Assembly (NCBI GenBank): GCA_965206645.1
Contig: CBDBKE010000004.1
Span: 576,001-640,000 of the forward strand
Direction of reading: 5' to 3'
Origin: Terriglobia bacterium
Lineage (GTDB): Bacteria > Acidobacteriota > Terriglobia > JAJPHL01 > JAPKYU01
DNA length: 64,000 nt
Made by a program: the position numbers and the translations under genes. Shown here piece after piece: positions 40,217 through 49,377 of the stretch (position 1 is its first letter; the number at the start of each line of letters is the position of its first letter). Below the pieces are notes generated by a model. The model did no database searches, was not told where the DNA came from, and worked only from the letters and a program-made list of their open reading frames with translations.

Positions 40217-40558
40217 CTAGCGGCTTTGGCTGGCGGCGGAGACGGTGTCGTAAGCGGGAAAAACGGAGAGAAGGCGAACATCCTCCAGGACACGGCGCAG
40301 GCGGCCAGGCGGGACCACCAGGCGCAATTCACCGCCCTGGGCGACGGCGCTAGCCAGGCAGCGGGCAAGACAGCCGATGCCACGGCTGTCCACAGTGTGC
40401 GCCTCAGTCAGGTTGATCAGCACGACCAGGTTGCTCTTGACCGCCTCCAGCACGGTTTTGCGGATGTTATCGGCCATCCCCTGCTTTCCCCACAGGCGCA
40501 AGTCCCCCCGGAGATGGACCACCGCGAACGGACCGTCGTATTCCAACCGTACTTCCAT
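40217..40558 (-). CDS. STAS domain protein
   Basis: VHLRGDL, INLTEAHTVDSRGIG and LEDVRL motifs; alternative start TTG 40603. Confidence 0.8.
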   Translation of the reverse strand: MEVRLEYDGPFAVVHLRGDLRLWGKQGMADNIRKTVLEAVKSNLVVLINLTEAHTVDSRGIGCLARCLASAVAQGGELRLVVPPGRLRRVLEDVRLLSVFPAYDTVSAASQSR

Positions 40559-40599
40559 CGGTCTGGTTCCAGGGAGAATACGCCACTGCCGGGCGCGAT

Positions 40600-41361
40600 T
40601 CAAGCCGGGCGTTGGCCGGTGTGCAGGCAGGCGATCCCGCCCGTTAATCTTTGGAACGCGACTCCCGCAAAGCCCGCTTCCCTCATCCAGCAGGCAAAAT
40701 CCCCGGGCGAGGGAAACTCCGCCACCGACTTCACCAGGTATTGATAAGCTCCGGCATCTCCGGAGAAGGCACCGCCCACGCGGGGCAGCACGCGACGGAA
40801 GTAGAAATTGTACAGCGGCCCAAGAAGCGATGACTGTGGCTGAGAGAATTCCAGGATGCCGGCTTCTCCGCCGGGCATCAGCACGCGAAAGATCTCGCGG
40901 AGGCCTGCCTCGTAGTTGGACAGATTGCGAAAACCGAATGCGGCCGTCACGAGGTGGAATGAACTGTCCGCGAAGGGCAGCACCAGCGCATCCGCTTCGG
41001 CCAACAGTGGGAGAAGTCTGCGGCGGAGCAGTTTGTCACGCGCGCGTTCCAGCATGGGGTGGCAGAAGTCGGCGCCGAGGATGCGAGCCGAAGGATGCGC
41101 AACTTTGGTCAGGCTCAAAGCAAGGTCACCGGTACCGCAGCACAGGTCGAGCGCGCGCGTCCCCGGCCGCCCCAGGGTGCGCCGAAAGCGGCGGGCGACT
41201 GCCCGCCGCCACCATCGGTCCGCCTCGAGCGACAGCAAATGGTTGAGGAAATCATACCGGGGAGCGACGCGCGCGAACATCTTACGCACATAAGCAGCCC
41301 CCGGCGCAGTCCCTGAAGTCCGCAGCGCCGAATGGGGAGTGCGGGACGGCGTGCTCTTCAT
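40600..41361 (-). CDS. ubiE: UbiE/MenG quinone C-methyltransferase
   Basis: MFARVAPRYDFLNHLLS, LDLCCGTGD, AFGFRN, LEFS and YQYLVKSV motifs. Confidence 0.92.
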   Translation of the reverse strand: MKSTPSRTPHSALRTSGTAPGAAYVRKMFARVAPRYDFLNHLLSLEADRWWRRAVARRFRRTLGRPGTRALDLCCGTGDLALSLTKVAHPSARILGADFCHPMLERARDKLLRRRLLPLLAEADALVLPFADSSFHLVTAAFGFRNLSNYEAGLREIFRVLMPGGEAGILEFSQPQSSLLGPLYNFYFRRVLPRVGGAFSGDAGAYQYLVKSVAEFPSPGDFACWMREAGFAGVAFQRLTGGIACLHTGQRPA

Positions 41362-42464
41362 ACCCGCTCCTTGCGCAGGCGTTCCAGGACTCGCGCCACT
41401 GCGTCGGCTTCGATTCCGGGCACGATTCGCACCTTCCCGATTTTTTCAGGCAGGATAAAATGCAGCACACCCCGATGCGTTTTTTTATCCGCCCGCATGC
41501 GGGCCGCCAGCCTCGCCGGCGCCACGCGACCCAGCGGCGGCAAAGGACCCAGGCTTTTCACTAAGGCGTGGATCCGCTCGGCTTCTGCCTTCGCAATCAA
41601 CCGCTGTTCCTCGGCGAGCAGGGTTGCCGCCCGAAGGCCCCAGGCGACCGCTTCGCCATGCAGGAAATAGCGGTAGCCGGTCTCGGCTTCCAGAGCGTGG
41701 CCGACCGTATGCCCCAGGTTCAAGATGCGTCGCAGCCCGCTTTCTTTTTCATCCCGGGCCACGACCCAGGCCTTGATCGCGACCGAGCGGCGCACCAACT
41801 CGGCCAGTCGGTCGGGATTCCCCTGCAACAGGTCCTCGCGGCGCCGCTCAACAAATTCAAACAGGCCCTTATCAAGAATGATTCCCGCCTTGACGGCCTC
41901 GTACAAACCTGCGCGCAGTTCACGTGCCGGCAGCGTGCGCAACACCTCCGGGTCAGCCAGTACCTGCCGGGGTTGGTAGAAGGTGCCCACTAGGTTTTTG
42001 CCCGAGCGCAGGTTCACACCGGTTTTCCCACCCACCGAGCTGTCAATCTGCGCCAGTAGCGTGGTTGGAATGTGGACATAGTCAACCCCGCGCAGAAAAA
42101 CGGAAGCGACAAAGGAGGTCAGGTCCCCAATCACGCCGCCGCCGAAGCCGATCAGAAGACTATTGCGGTCCGCCCTCTGCCGCACGAGTTGCTCGCATAG
42201 GAGTTCGGCAGTCCGAAAGTTTTTCTGTTGTTCCCCAGGGGGGATGCGCAGTAGACCGTAGATTCGCGGGGCCAGCGCGGAACCGAGTGCCCTGCCCCAA
42301 TTCTTCCAAACAATTTTGTCCGTGACGACCACCCAGGGCCGCCCGGCGGCCACCTTGTCGAGCAGCCGCCCGGCGCGTGCCAGCAAGCCGCGCTCGACCA
42401 GTACTTGGTAGCGCGCGCTGGCCGTGCGCACCGTGATGGCACGAGAAGTTCTTGTCGTCTTCAT
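41358..42464 (-). CDS. aroB: 3-dehydroquinate synthase
   Basis: GGGVIGD, PTTLLAQIDSSVGGKTGVN, LNLGHTVGHA and LHGEAV motifs. Confidence 0.97.
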   Translation of the reverse strand: MKTTRTSRAITVRTASARYQVLVERGLLARAGRLLDKVAAGRPWVVVTDKIVWKNWGRALGSALAPRIYGLLRIPPGEQQKNFRTAELLCEQLVRQRADRNSLLIGFGGGVIGDLTSFVASVFLRGVDYVHIPTTLLAQIDSSVGGKTGVNLRSGKNLVGTFYQPRQVLADPEVLRTLPARELRAGLYEAVKAGIILDKGLFEFVERRREDLLQGNPDRLAELVRRSVAIKAWVVARDEKESGLRRILNLGHTVGHALEAETGYRYFLHGEAVAWGLRAATLLAEEQRLIAKAEAERIHALVKSLGPLPPLGRVAPARLAARMRADKKTHRGVLHFILPEKIGKVRIVPGIEADAVARVLERLRKERV

Positions 42465-42610
42465 ATCCCCAGTTAGCTTGTACCACGCCGATCCCGTCCG
42501 AGAAAAGCGGTCAGGCTAGAAATTCTCGGCGTGGCATGGTGGACGCGTCGAATTGCGGCGTTGCGCGCCTCGCTATCGGAACAGGTCAGGCGTGGTATCA
42601 TCCACTCGAC

Positions 42611-44197
42611 ATGACCCTCCCCGCGGTGACGAACACCGATTTTCTGGTCATCGGGTGCGGCGTGGCTGGTCTGCGAGCCGCAGTGGAACTGGCATCAGCC
42701 GGGCGGGTGATGGTGCTCGCAAAGGACCAACTGTCGGAGTCGGCCAGCCAGTACGCCCAAGGGGGCGTTGCCGTCGCGCTCGGCGACGAGGACGAGGTCA
42801 GGCTGCACCGCCAGGACACATTGCGCGTGGGCGACGAGCTGTGCAGCGAGACGGCAGTAGACGCGCTCGTCGAGGAAGGCCCCCGCTACATTCGGGAACT
42901 CATTGAGTGGGGCACGCAGTTCGACCGCGCCGGAAACAAGCTGGCGTTCACCCGGGAGGGAGCCCACAGCCGATCACGGGTCTTGCACGCCCACGGGGAC
43001 TCGACGGGACGCGAAATCGTGCGGACTCTGTTCGCCCGTGCTCGAGACTTTGGCAAGCAAGTCTGCTTTCACAGCTTTTCCTCCACCACCGAGCTGCTTG
43101 TGGAAGGCGGGCGCGTGGCCGGCGCAGTGGTGTACGACCAGCAGGACAACAGCCTGAAGAGCATTGTGGCCCGCGCGGTGCTGCTGGCTACCGGCGGTCT
43201 GGGCCACGTTTATCGTGACTCCACCAATCCGGAGGTAGCAACCGGCGACGGGGTGGCGATCGCCTACCGTGCTGGCGCCGAGGTGAGCGACATGGAGTTC
43301 GTCCAGTTTCACCCCACGGCGCTTTACCTGAAGGGCGCACCGCGCTTCCTGCTGTCGGAGGCGCTGCGCGGCGAAGGGGCCATCTTGCAGAACGCTGAGT
43401 TCGTCCGCTTTATGCCACAGTATCACCCGGACGCCGAGCTGGCGCCGCGCGACGTACTCTGCCGCGACATTCTCTCCGAGCTGCAGCGCACCCACACCGA
43501 ATATGCCTTTCTCGACCTGACGCACATGGACGCGGAGTTTCTCCGCAAGCGCTTTCCGCGGATTTACTCCACCTGCCTGGAGTTCAACATTGATCTGGCA
43601 ACCGAGCCAGCCCCGGTGCGGCCGGCGGCCCACTATTCAATGGGCGGAGTGGCCACCGATCTGGAGGGGCGCACAACCCTGCCGGGCCTCTATGCGGCGG
43701 GCGAGGTGGCCTGCACCGGCGTGCACGGGGCCAACCGTTTGGCCTCCAACTCGCTCCTGGAGGGTTTGGTCTTTGGAGCGCGGACCGGAAAGGCCATGGT
43801 GTCGGATGCGGTGCCGGAGCCGCCTCCCCATGGCCCAAAGCCGCGGTTGCCCACCCTCGCAGCAGACCCGCAAGCCGGCATCCGCGAACTGCGCGACCTG
43901 TTGTGGAAGCACGCCGGTATCATCCGCTGCGGCAAGGAACTGCGTCTGTTGGTGGAAAGGCTCCAGCAGCGCGCCGAACAGCTAGAGGGGACCTCGGCGG
44001 CCGCCGACACCGGGCCGGCCAGCCGTTCCGCCTTCGAGTACCGTAACATGCTGGTTGTGGCGGAATTGATCGCCAGCGCTGCCTTGGCCCGCGAGGAAAG
44101 CCGCGGCGCCCATTACCGGTCGGACTTCCCTTACAAGGTCGATAAGTTCAGAAAGCACTCCTGCAGCCGCGCTGGCGCCGAGGTGGCTTTCCGCTGA
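42611..44197 (+). CDS. nadB: L-aspartate oxidase
   Basis: IGCGVAG, AQGG, EGAHS, QFHPT, SEALRGEG, GVHGANRLASNSLLE and ESRGAHYR motifs. Confidence 0.93.
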   Translation: MTLPAVTNTDFLVIGCGVAGLRAAVELASAGRVMVLAKDQLSESASQYAQGGVAVALGDEDEVRLHRQDTLRVGDELCSETAVDALVEEGPRYIRELIEWGTQFDRAGNKLAFTREGAHSRSRVLHAHGDSTGREIVRTLFARARDFGKQVCFHSFSSTTELLVEGGRVAGAVVYDQQDNSLKSIVARAVLLATGGLGHVYRDSTNPEVATGDGVAIAYRAGAEVSDMEFVQFHPTALYLKGAPRFLLSEALRGEGAILQNAEFVRFMPQYHPDAELAPRDVLCRDILSELQRTHTEYAFLDLTHMDAEFLRKRFPRIYSTCLEFNIDLATEPAPVRPAAHYSMGGVATDLEGRTTLPGLYAAGEVACTGVHGANRLASNSLLEGLVFGARTGKAMVSDAVPEPPPHGPKPRLPTLAADPQAGIRELRDLLWKHAGIIRCGKELRLLVERLQQRAEQLEGTSAAADTGPASRSAFEYRNMLVVAELIASAALAREESRGAHYRSDFPYKVDKFRKHSCSRAGAEVAFR

Positions 44198-44221
44198 GAG
44201 GGTGAAACTCGGCGATTTGCT

Positions 44222-45154
44222 TCACTGATCTGCTTCCGCCAGCTTCTCGTCTTGCTTCTTGGGAAAGATCAGCGAAGCGCCCACCGCGCCCGCCAAGACG
44301 GCCACGACCACGCCCAGGGCCACGTGGATGGGAATATGAAAAAAGCCGGAGGCCAACATCTTAGCTCCGACAAACATCAGGATCACGGCCAGGCCATAGT
44401 TCAGGTAGTGAAACATGGACATCAAGCCGGCCAGCGAAAAGTAGAGGGCACGCAGCCCGAGGATGGCGAAGACGTTGGAGGTATAGACAATGAAGGGATC
44501 GCGTGTAATGGCCAGGACGGCGGGAATGGAATCCATCGCAAACATGACGTCGGTGGTTTCCACAACGAGCAAGACCACGAACAGCGGCGTGGCATAGGTG
44601 CGGCGGCCGACCCGATGGAAGAATTTCCCGCCAACGTAGGTCTCGGTAATCGGCATCCAGCGGCGGAAGATGCGCAACACGGGGTTCTTTTCCGGGTCCA
44701 CTTGCCGGTCATGCGCGCCGAATAATTTAAAGCCGGTCCAGACCAAAAATGCCCCAAACACGTAGATCACCCAGTGGAACTTATTGATGAGCGTCACGCC
44801 GGCAAGAATGAATGCGGCTCGCATGACGAGCGCGCCGACGATACCCCAGAACAGCACCCTGTACTGGTGCTCACCTGGCACCCGGAAATAGGTGAACAAC
44901 ATCAGGAAAACGAACAGGTTGTCCACGCTCAGCGACAGCTCAATCAGGTAGCCAGTGACAAACTCAAGCGTCGGCTGCCCACCGCGCCAGAAAAACACCA
45001 GCACGGCAAAGCAACCGGCTAGGCTGATCCAGAAGGCGCTCCAGCGCAGCGCTTCCCGGAGCGCGATGGCGTGGGCCTTGCGGTGAAACACCCCGAGGTC
45101 CAGCACCAGCATGGTGACGACAAAAACGTTAAAAAGAACCCAGAACCAGATCAT
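44222..45154 (-). CDS. TerC/Alx family membrane protein
   Basis: ELSLSVDNLFVF, ETTDVMFAMDSIPA and TSNVFAILGLR motifs. Confidence 0.93.
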   Translation of the reverse strand: MIWFWVLFNVFVVTMLVLDLGVFHRKAHAIALREALRWSAFWISLAGCFAVLVFFWRGGQPTLEFVTGYLIELSLSVDNLFVFLMLFTYFRVPGEHQYRVLFWGIVGALVMRAAFILAGVTLINKFHWVIYVFGAFLVWTGFKLFGAHDRQVDPEKNPVLRIFRRWMPITETYVGGKFFHRVGRRTYATPLFVVLLVVETTDVMFAMDSIPAVLAITRDPFIVYTSNVFAILGLRALYFSLAGLMSMFHYLNYGLAVILMFVGAKMLASGFFHIPIHVALGVVVAVLAGAVGASLIFPKKQDEKLAEADQ

Positions 45155-45211
45155 GAAGCTCCAATTGTACCCGTTCTCGACTCGCGACGAACGGCCAGGC
45201 GGAAGCGAGCC

Positions 45212-46150
45212 CTATTCTCTATGTTCCAGCGCGGCGATCGTGCCCAGCACAATGCGCCCCACCGCCTGCAGGCTGCGGGCGCTGAGCTTGTCGGGAGTGT
45301 CCTCGGGCGAGTGCCAGAAGGAATTGTTGGGACCGTAGTTCATGTCAATCAGGTCGACGACAGGCAAGCCGATGCGACTAAACGGCACGTGGTCGTCTTC
45401 CACAGCGGTGGTGCGGTCACCGAAGGCGTGCGCCTGCCCCAACTGCTGGGCCACGTCGCGAACCAGCTCATTGAGCCAGCCGGTCGAGTTCAAGTCGCGA
45501 AGCAAGTCCAGGTCGCGGTCGCCCACCATGTCCACCACCAGGACTGCGCTCAGGCGGCGGTGCTCTCCGGCAGTTCGGAGCCGTTCGGCCATACGCCGGC
45601 TCCCGTAAAGAGAGTCGGCCTGAGTCCAACGCCTGCCTAAGGATTCTTCCCCGTCCAGAAAAACCAGCCAGACCTCGCACCAACCGGGCGGCGAATTCTT
45701 CAGCACGCGAGCCAGCTCCAGCAGTAGCCCGGTGCTGGAACCGCCGTCATTCGCGCCAACAAAACGGAATCGCGTTTCCAGCTTAGTGTCGTAATGGCCT
45801 GCGACTAAGACGGCCCGTTTGCTTCTGCCGGGGAATTTGGCCACGATGTTTTTCATTGGGCGGGGCCCGACCGGCGTTGCAGCGGTGAAGGCGTCCACTT
45901 CGGGCTGCACTCCAAGGCGTTGGAGACGCGTCAGGATGTATTGCTGGGCCTTTTCATGCTCGGGGGTGCCGGGAGGCCGCGGGCCAATTTTGGCCAGCGC
46001 GGTGGCATGCTTCAATGCCAGGGCGCCGGAGAAAAAGCGAGGCGCCGGACCAGCTGTGCGGGAGGGTCGCCTCCCCGGGCTCTCCGAAGCACAGGCAGCT
46101 GGCGTGATGGCCAGCAGTAGTGCCAAAAGCAGCGCCGGGCCGGAGTTCAC
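45212..46150 (-). CDS. M28-family Zn enzyme, glutaminyl cyclase (type II)-like, exported
   Basis: GHYDT, GANDGGSS, FLDGEE..W..DSLYGSR, DMVG, EDDHVPF and WH motifs; GTG 46150 overlaps the tatC stop. Confidence 0.8.
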   Translation of the reverse strand: MNSGPALLLALLLAITPAACASESPGRRPSRTAGPAPRFFSGALALKHATALAKIGPRPPGTPEHEKAQQYILTRLQRLGVQPEVDAFTAATPVGPRPMKNIVAKFPGRSKRAVLVAGHYDTKLETRFRFVGANDGGSSTGLLLELARVLKNSPPGWCEVWLVFLDGEESLGRRWTQADSLYGSRRMAERLRTAGEHRRLSAVLVVDMVGDRDLDLLRDLNSTGWLNELVRDVAQQLGQAHAFGDRTTAVEDDHVPFSRIGLPVVDLIDMNYGPNNSFWHSPEDTPDKLSARSLQAVGRIVLGTIAALEHRE

Positions 46151-47151
46151 GTCGTGCGGCGACGCCGCGTCACCAGCCATACCAGGCCCACGCCGACCAT
46201 GTAAAGAGCCATCATGGGCATGGCGAAAATCATCAGGTTGATAATGTCGGCGGTGGGCGTGACCACGGCTGCCACGATGACGATCAACAGCACCGCGTAC
46301 CGAAAGTTCCGCATCAGAAAGCCCGGGGTCAGAATCCCTAGCAGCCCCAGGAACAACATCAGCACCGGCAGTTCAAAAATGATGCCCAGGCCCAGAATGA
46401 CCGTCCAGAAGGTGTTCATGTACTCGGTGGCCGTGATCCAGGGCACCAGGCGGTCGCCGCCGAAGGTAAGCAGAAACCTGAGGGCAAACGGGAAGGCAAT
46501 GTAGTAGCCGAATAGACCGCCGCCGATAAACAGAGAGGAGCAGAAGAAAACAAAGGGAACTGCGTACCTTCGTTCGCGCCGGTAGAGGCCGGGCGTGATG
46601 AAGGCCCACACCTGGTAGAGGACAAACGGTGAAGCCAGGAACAGGCCAATAATCAGTGCCAGATTTAGGTAGAGCGTGAAGGCATCGGTGGGTTTGATGA
46701 AGTAGAGCTGCTCTTGCATGCCCATGTCCCGAAGGGTGGCCCGCAGCGGCTCCGACATGTGGTCGAAGATCGGTCTTGCAAAACTGAAGCAGATGAAGAA
46801 GGCGACCGCCACTGCGATCAAGGAATAGATGATGCGCTTGCGCAGTTCGTCGAGGTGGTCGAGGAATGACATCTTGACCATCTCTTCTCCCGCAGGCTCC
46901 TCGCCGTCAGGGCCATCGCCTCCGCCAGCCGGAGGAGGCGGCTGGCTCCCCCGGCCGCCAGTTCCTGCTTCGGGCGGCGTTTCATAATCCACTGGGGCGG
47001 AAACTTCTGACCCGTGGTCATCGGAACTCGGGTGGGTTTCTTCTTGCTCCTGCTCGGTTGGAGGGGGAACGGAAGCTGACTCGGCAGTCGGGGTTTCTTG
47101 CTGGGACACGGTCCGGGGATCCTCGGAGGTAGGCGAGAACTCCGGCATCAA
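46147..47151 (-). CDS. tatC: Twin-arginine translocase TatC with an acidic, Pro-rich N-terminal extension
   Basis: MSFLDHLDELRKR, QVWAFITPGLYRRER, FELP and VVTPTAD motifs. Confidence 0.95.
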   Translation of the reverse strand: MMPEFSPTSEDPRTVSQQETPTAESASVPPPTEQEQEETHPSSDDHGSEVSAPVDYETPPEAGTGGRGSQPPPPAGGGDGPDGEEPAGEEMVKMSFLDHLDELRKRIIYSLIAVAVAFFICFSFARPIFDHMSEPLRATLRDMGMQEQLYFIKPTDAFTLYLNLALIIGLFLASPFVLYQVWAFITPGLYRRERRYAVPFVFFCSSLFIGGGLFGYYIAFPFALRFLLTFGGDRLVPWITATEYMNTFWTVILGLGIIFELPVLMLFLGLLGILTPGFLMRNFRYAVLLIVIVAAVVTPTADIINLMIFAMPMMALYMVGVGLVWLVTRRRRTT

Positions 47152-47441
47152 TCCTGGCGTTCGCCGCTGGAAGCCTCGGAGCGAGAGCTCCTCTCGTCCA
47201 CTGCTGCGACGCTATTGGCGGAAACCTCGGCGGGGGTTTGGGTGAATTCGTCGAACTTGGTCTCCTGCTCGATGCTATGCATTTCGCGTTCCAGGGAACT
47301 CCGCAACTCCGTGGAAGCCCGGCGAAATTCCGAGATGCCCCTTCCTAACGAGCGACCCAATTCGGGTAACTTCCTGGGCCCAAAGACGAGCAGGGCCACG
47401 ATGAAGATGACGACCATTTCAGGAACCCCGACGTACCCCAT
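47148..47441 (-). CDS. tatA: Twin-arginine translocase TatA/TatB
   Basis: GVPEMVVIFIVALLVFGPRKLPELGRSLGRGISEFRR. Confidence 0.9.
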   Translation of the reverse strand: MGYVGVPEMVVIFIVALLVFGPRKLPELGRSLGRGISEFRRASTELRSSLEREMHSIEQETKFDEFTQTPAEVSANSVAAVDERSSRSEASSGERQD

Positions 47442-47610
47442 ACTTAAATAGTATTCCTGGAGTCGGGAGGGCGTCAACCTCAAACCAGACTGGCTGGGCC
47501 GCGACGAATCGCCTCCAGGGCTGATGAACCGGGAAGCGAACGCACCGGTTGGTCAGCCCATATGCAAAGCCGGCGCGCATGGTATACTGGTGGGTAACGA
47601 GAACCTGTTC

Positions 47611-49209
47611 ATGAACAGCTTGCGGCGATCCGTGTTGACGATTCCACTGGTGATTCTGTCCTGCGCCGTGTTGGCAGGGGTCTACGGAGGGCAGGTCAAA
47701 GCGACTCCGGGCACCAGCACTGACAATATGCAGGCCAGCCTCAGGCTGCTCACCAAGGTGTACTCGGCGGTGGAGGAAAACTATGCCGACGCGGTAGATC
47801 CGGAGAAGGCAATTTACCAGGGGGCAATTCAAGGGATGTTGCGGACCCTGGACCCCCACTCGAATTTCTTCGATCCCAAGAGCTTTCAATTACTGCGAGA
47901 AGAGCAGCGGGGCAAGTACTACGGGGTCGGCATGACGGTGGCTCCACGCGGCGGCAAGACCATCGTGGTGGCGCCGTTCGCTGGCTCGCCTGCTTATCAC
48001 GCCGGTCTGCGTCCCGGCGACATTATCGCGCAGGTGGACGACACACTCACCGATAACCTGTCCACCAGTGAGGTGGCAGAGTTGCTGAAGGGACCAAAGG
48101 GGACCACCGTCCGGGTCCTGGTGTTGCGCGAAGGTGCTCCGGCACCGCTGAAGTTTGCCATTACCCGCGCCGAGATTCCCCGCCCCAGCATCGAGCACGC
48201 CTTTGAAATTCGGCCCGGCATCGGCTTTATCAGGATCGCCAACTTCAGCGAGACCGCCAGCCGCGAACTGGCCAAAGCGCTCAGGAAACTGAATCAAAAG
48301 AACCTTCACGGACTGATCCTGGACCTGCGGGGCAACCAGGGCGGGTTGCTATCGGAAGGCGTCAGCGTCGCCGACATGTTCCTGAGCCGGGGCCAAGTGG
48401 TTGTCAGCCACCGCGGACGCGCTTCGGGCGAAAAGGTCTACCGGGCTACGCGAGGCAACGGGGGAGTGATGTATCCGTTGGTGGTGCTGATCGACCGCCA
48501 GAGCGCCAGTGCCGCAGAGATTGTGGCGGGCGCGGTGCAGGACCACGACCGCGGTCTGGTGGTCGGCGAAACCAGCTTTGGCAAAGGCTTGGTACAAACC
48601 GTGTACCCGCTCAGAGAAAACACGGGGTTGGCCCTGACCACCGCTAGGTATTACACGCCCAGCGGTCGCCTGATCCAACGAGAGTTCACCGGTATTACTC
48701 TTTACGACTACTACTATTATCGGGACAAAGACGAATCGGACGACACTGAGCGCCCAGGGCGACAAATTCGGATGACCGACAGCGGGCGCCCCGTCTACGG
48801 CGGGGGCGGAATTACCCCCGATGTGAAGATGTTGACGCCGCCCCTGAAGGGCTTCCAGCGCACCCTGGGGCGGAAATACGCGTTGTTTAACTTCGCCAGG
48901 TTTTACCTCGCTACCCACGAGACGATAGGCCGGGACTTTCAGGTAGACGAGTCGGTGCTGGACGAGTTCCGACGGTTTCTGGATAGGGAGAAGATCGTCT
49001 ACACCGAAGAGGATATTCAGGAACACCTGGAGATCATCCAGCGGCGCATCAAGCAGCACCTGTTTATTTCGGTTTTCGGAAAAATGGAAGGGGACCGGAG
49101 CGCTCTTGAGACCGACCGGCAGGTGTTGAAGGCGATCGAACTTCTGCCAAAGGCCAAAGAACTGACGGAGACCGCCCGGAGAACTTTGGCGCAACAGCTG
49201 AACCGCTAG
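47611..49209 (+). CDS. ctpA: S41 C-terminal processing protease (PDZ)
   Basis: LDPHS, DLRGNQGG, SASAAEI, FGKGLVQ and TTARYYTPSGR motifs. Confidence 0.93.
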   Translation: MNSLRRSVLTIPLVILSCAVLAGVYGGQVKATPGTSTDNMQASLRLLTKVYSAVEENYADAVDPEKAIYQGAIQGMLRTLDPHSNFFDPKSFQLLREEQRGKYYGVGMTVAPRGGKTIVVAPFAGSPAYHAGLRPGDIIAQVDDTLTDNLSTSEVAELLKGPKGTTVRVLVLREGAPAPLKFAITRAEIPRPSIEHAFEIRPGIGFIRIANFSETASRELAKALRKLNQKNLHGLILDLRGNQGGLLSEGVSVADMFLSRGQVVVSHRGRASGEKVYRATRGNGGVMYPLVVLIDRQSASAAEIVAGAVQDHDRGLVVGETSFGKGLVQTVYPLRENTGLALTTARYYTPSGRLIQREFTGITLYDYYYYRDKDESDDTERPGRQIRMTDSGRPVYGGGGITPDVKMLTPPLKGFQRTLGRKYALFNFARFYLATHETIGRDFQVDESVLDEFRRFLDREKIVYTEEDIQEHLEIIQRRIKQHLFISVFGKMEGDRSALETDRQVLKAIELLPKAKELTETARRTLAQQLNR

Positions 49210-49377
49210 GAAACTGCCCGCCGGAAATCTATCCAACCGTGTGGTGGGAAACGGCGAAAGGCCCACCTCGGACCTTCCGCGGCGGGATTTGAGAAGATTC
49301 CGACCCCTGGCCTCCGTTTGTGACCCACATTACTGGCCCTGCGACGCCCACACGAAATCAGGCGCGGCGGGTTTGAC

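Noticed and set aside
45155-45211. yybP-ykoY Mn riboswitch ahead of terC
   Set aside because: Only 57 nt of spacer is available, and a -10 box lies 9 nt from the ATG.
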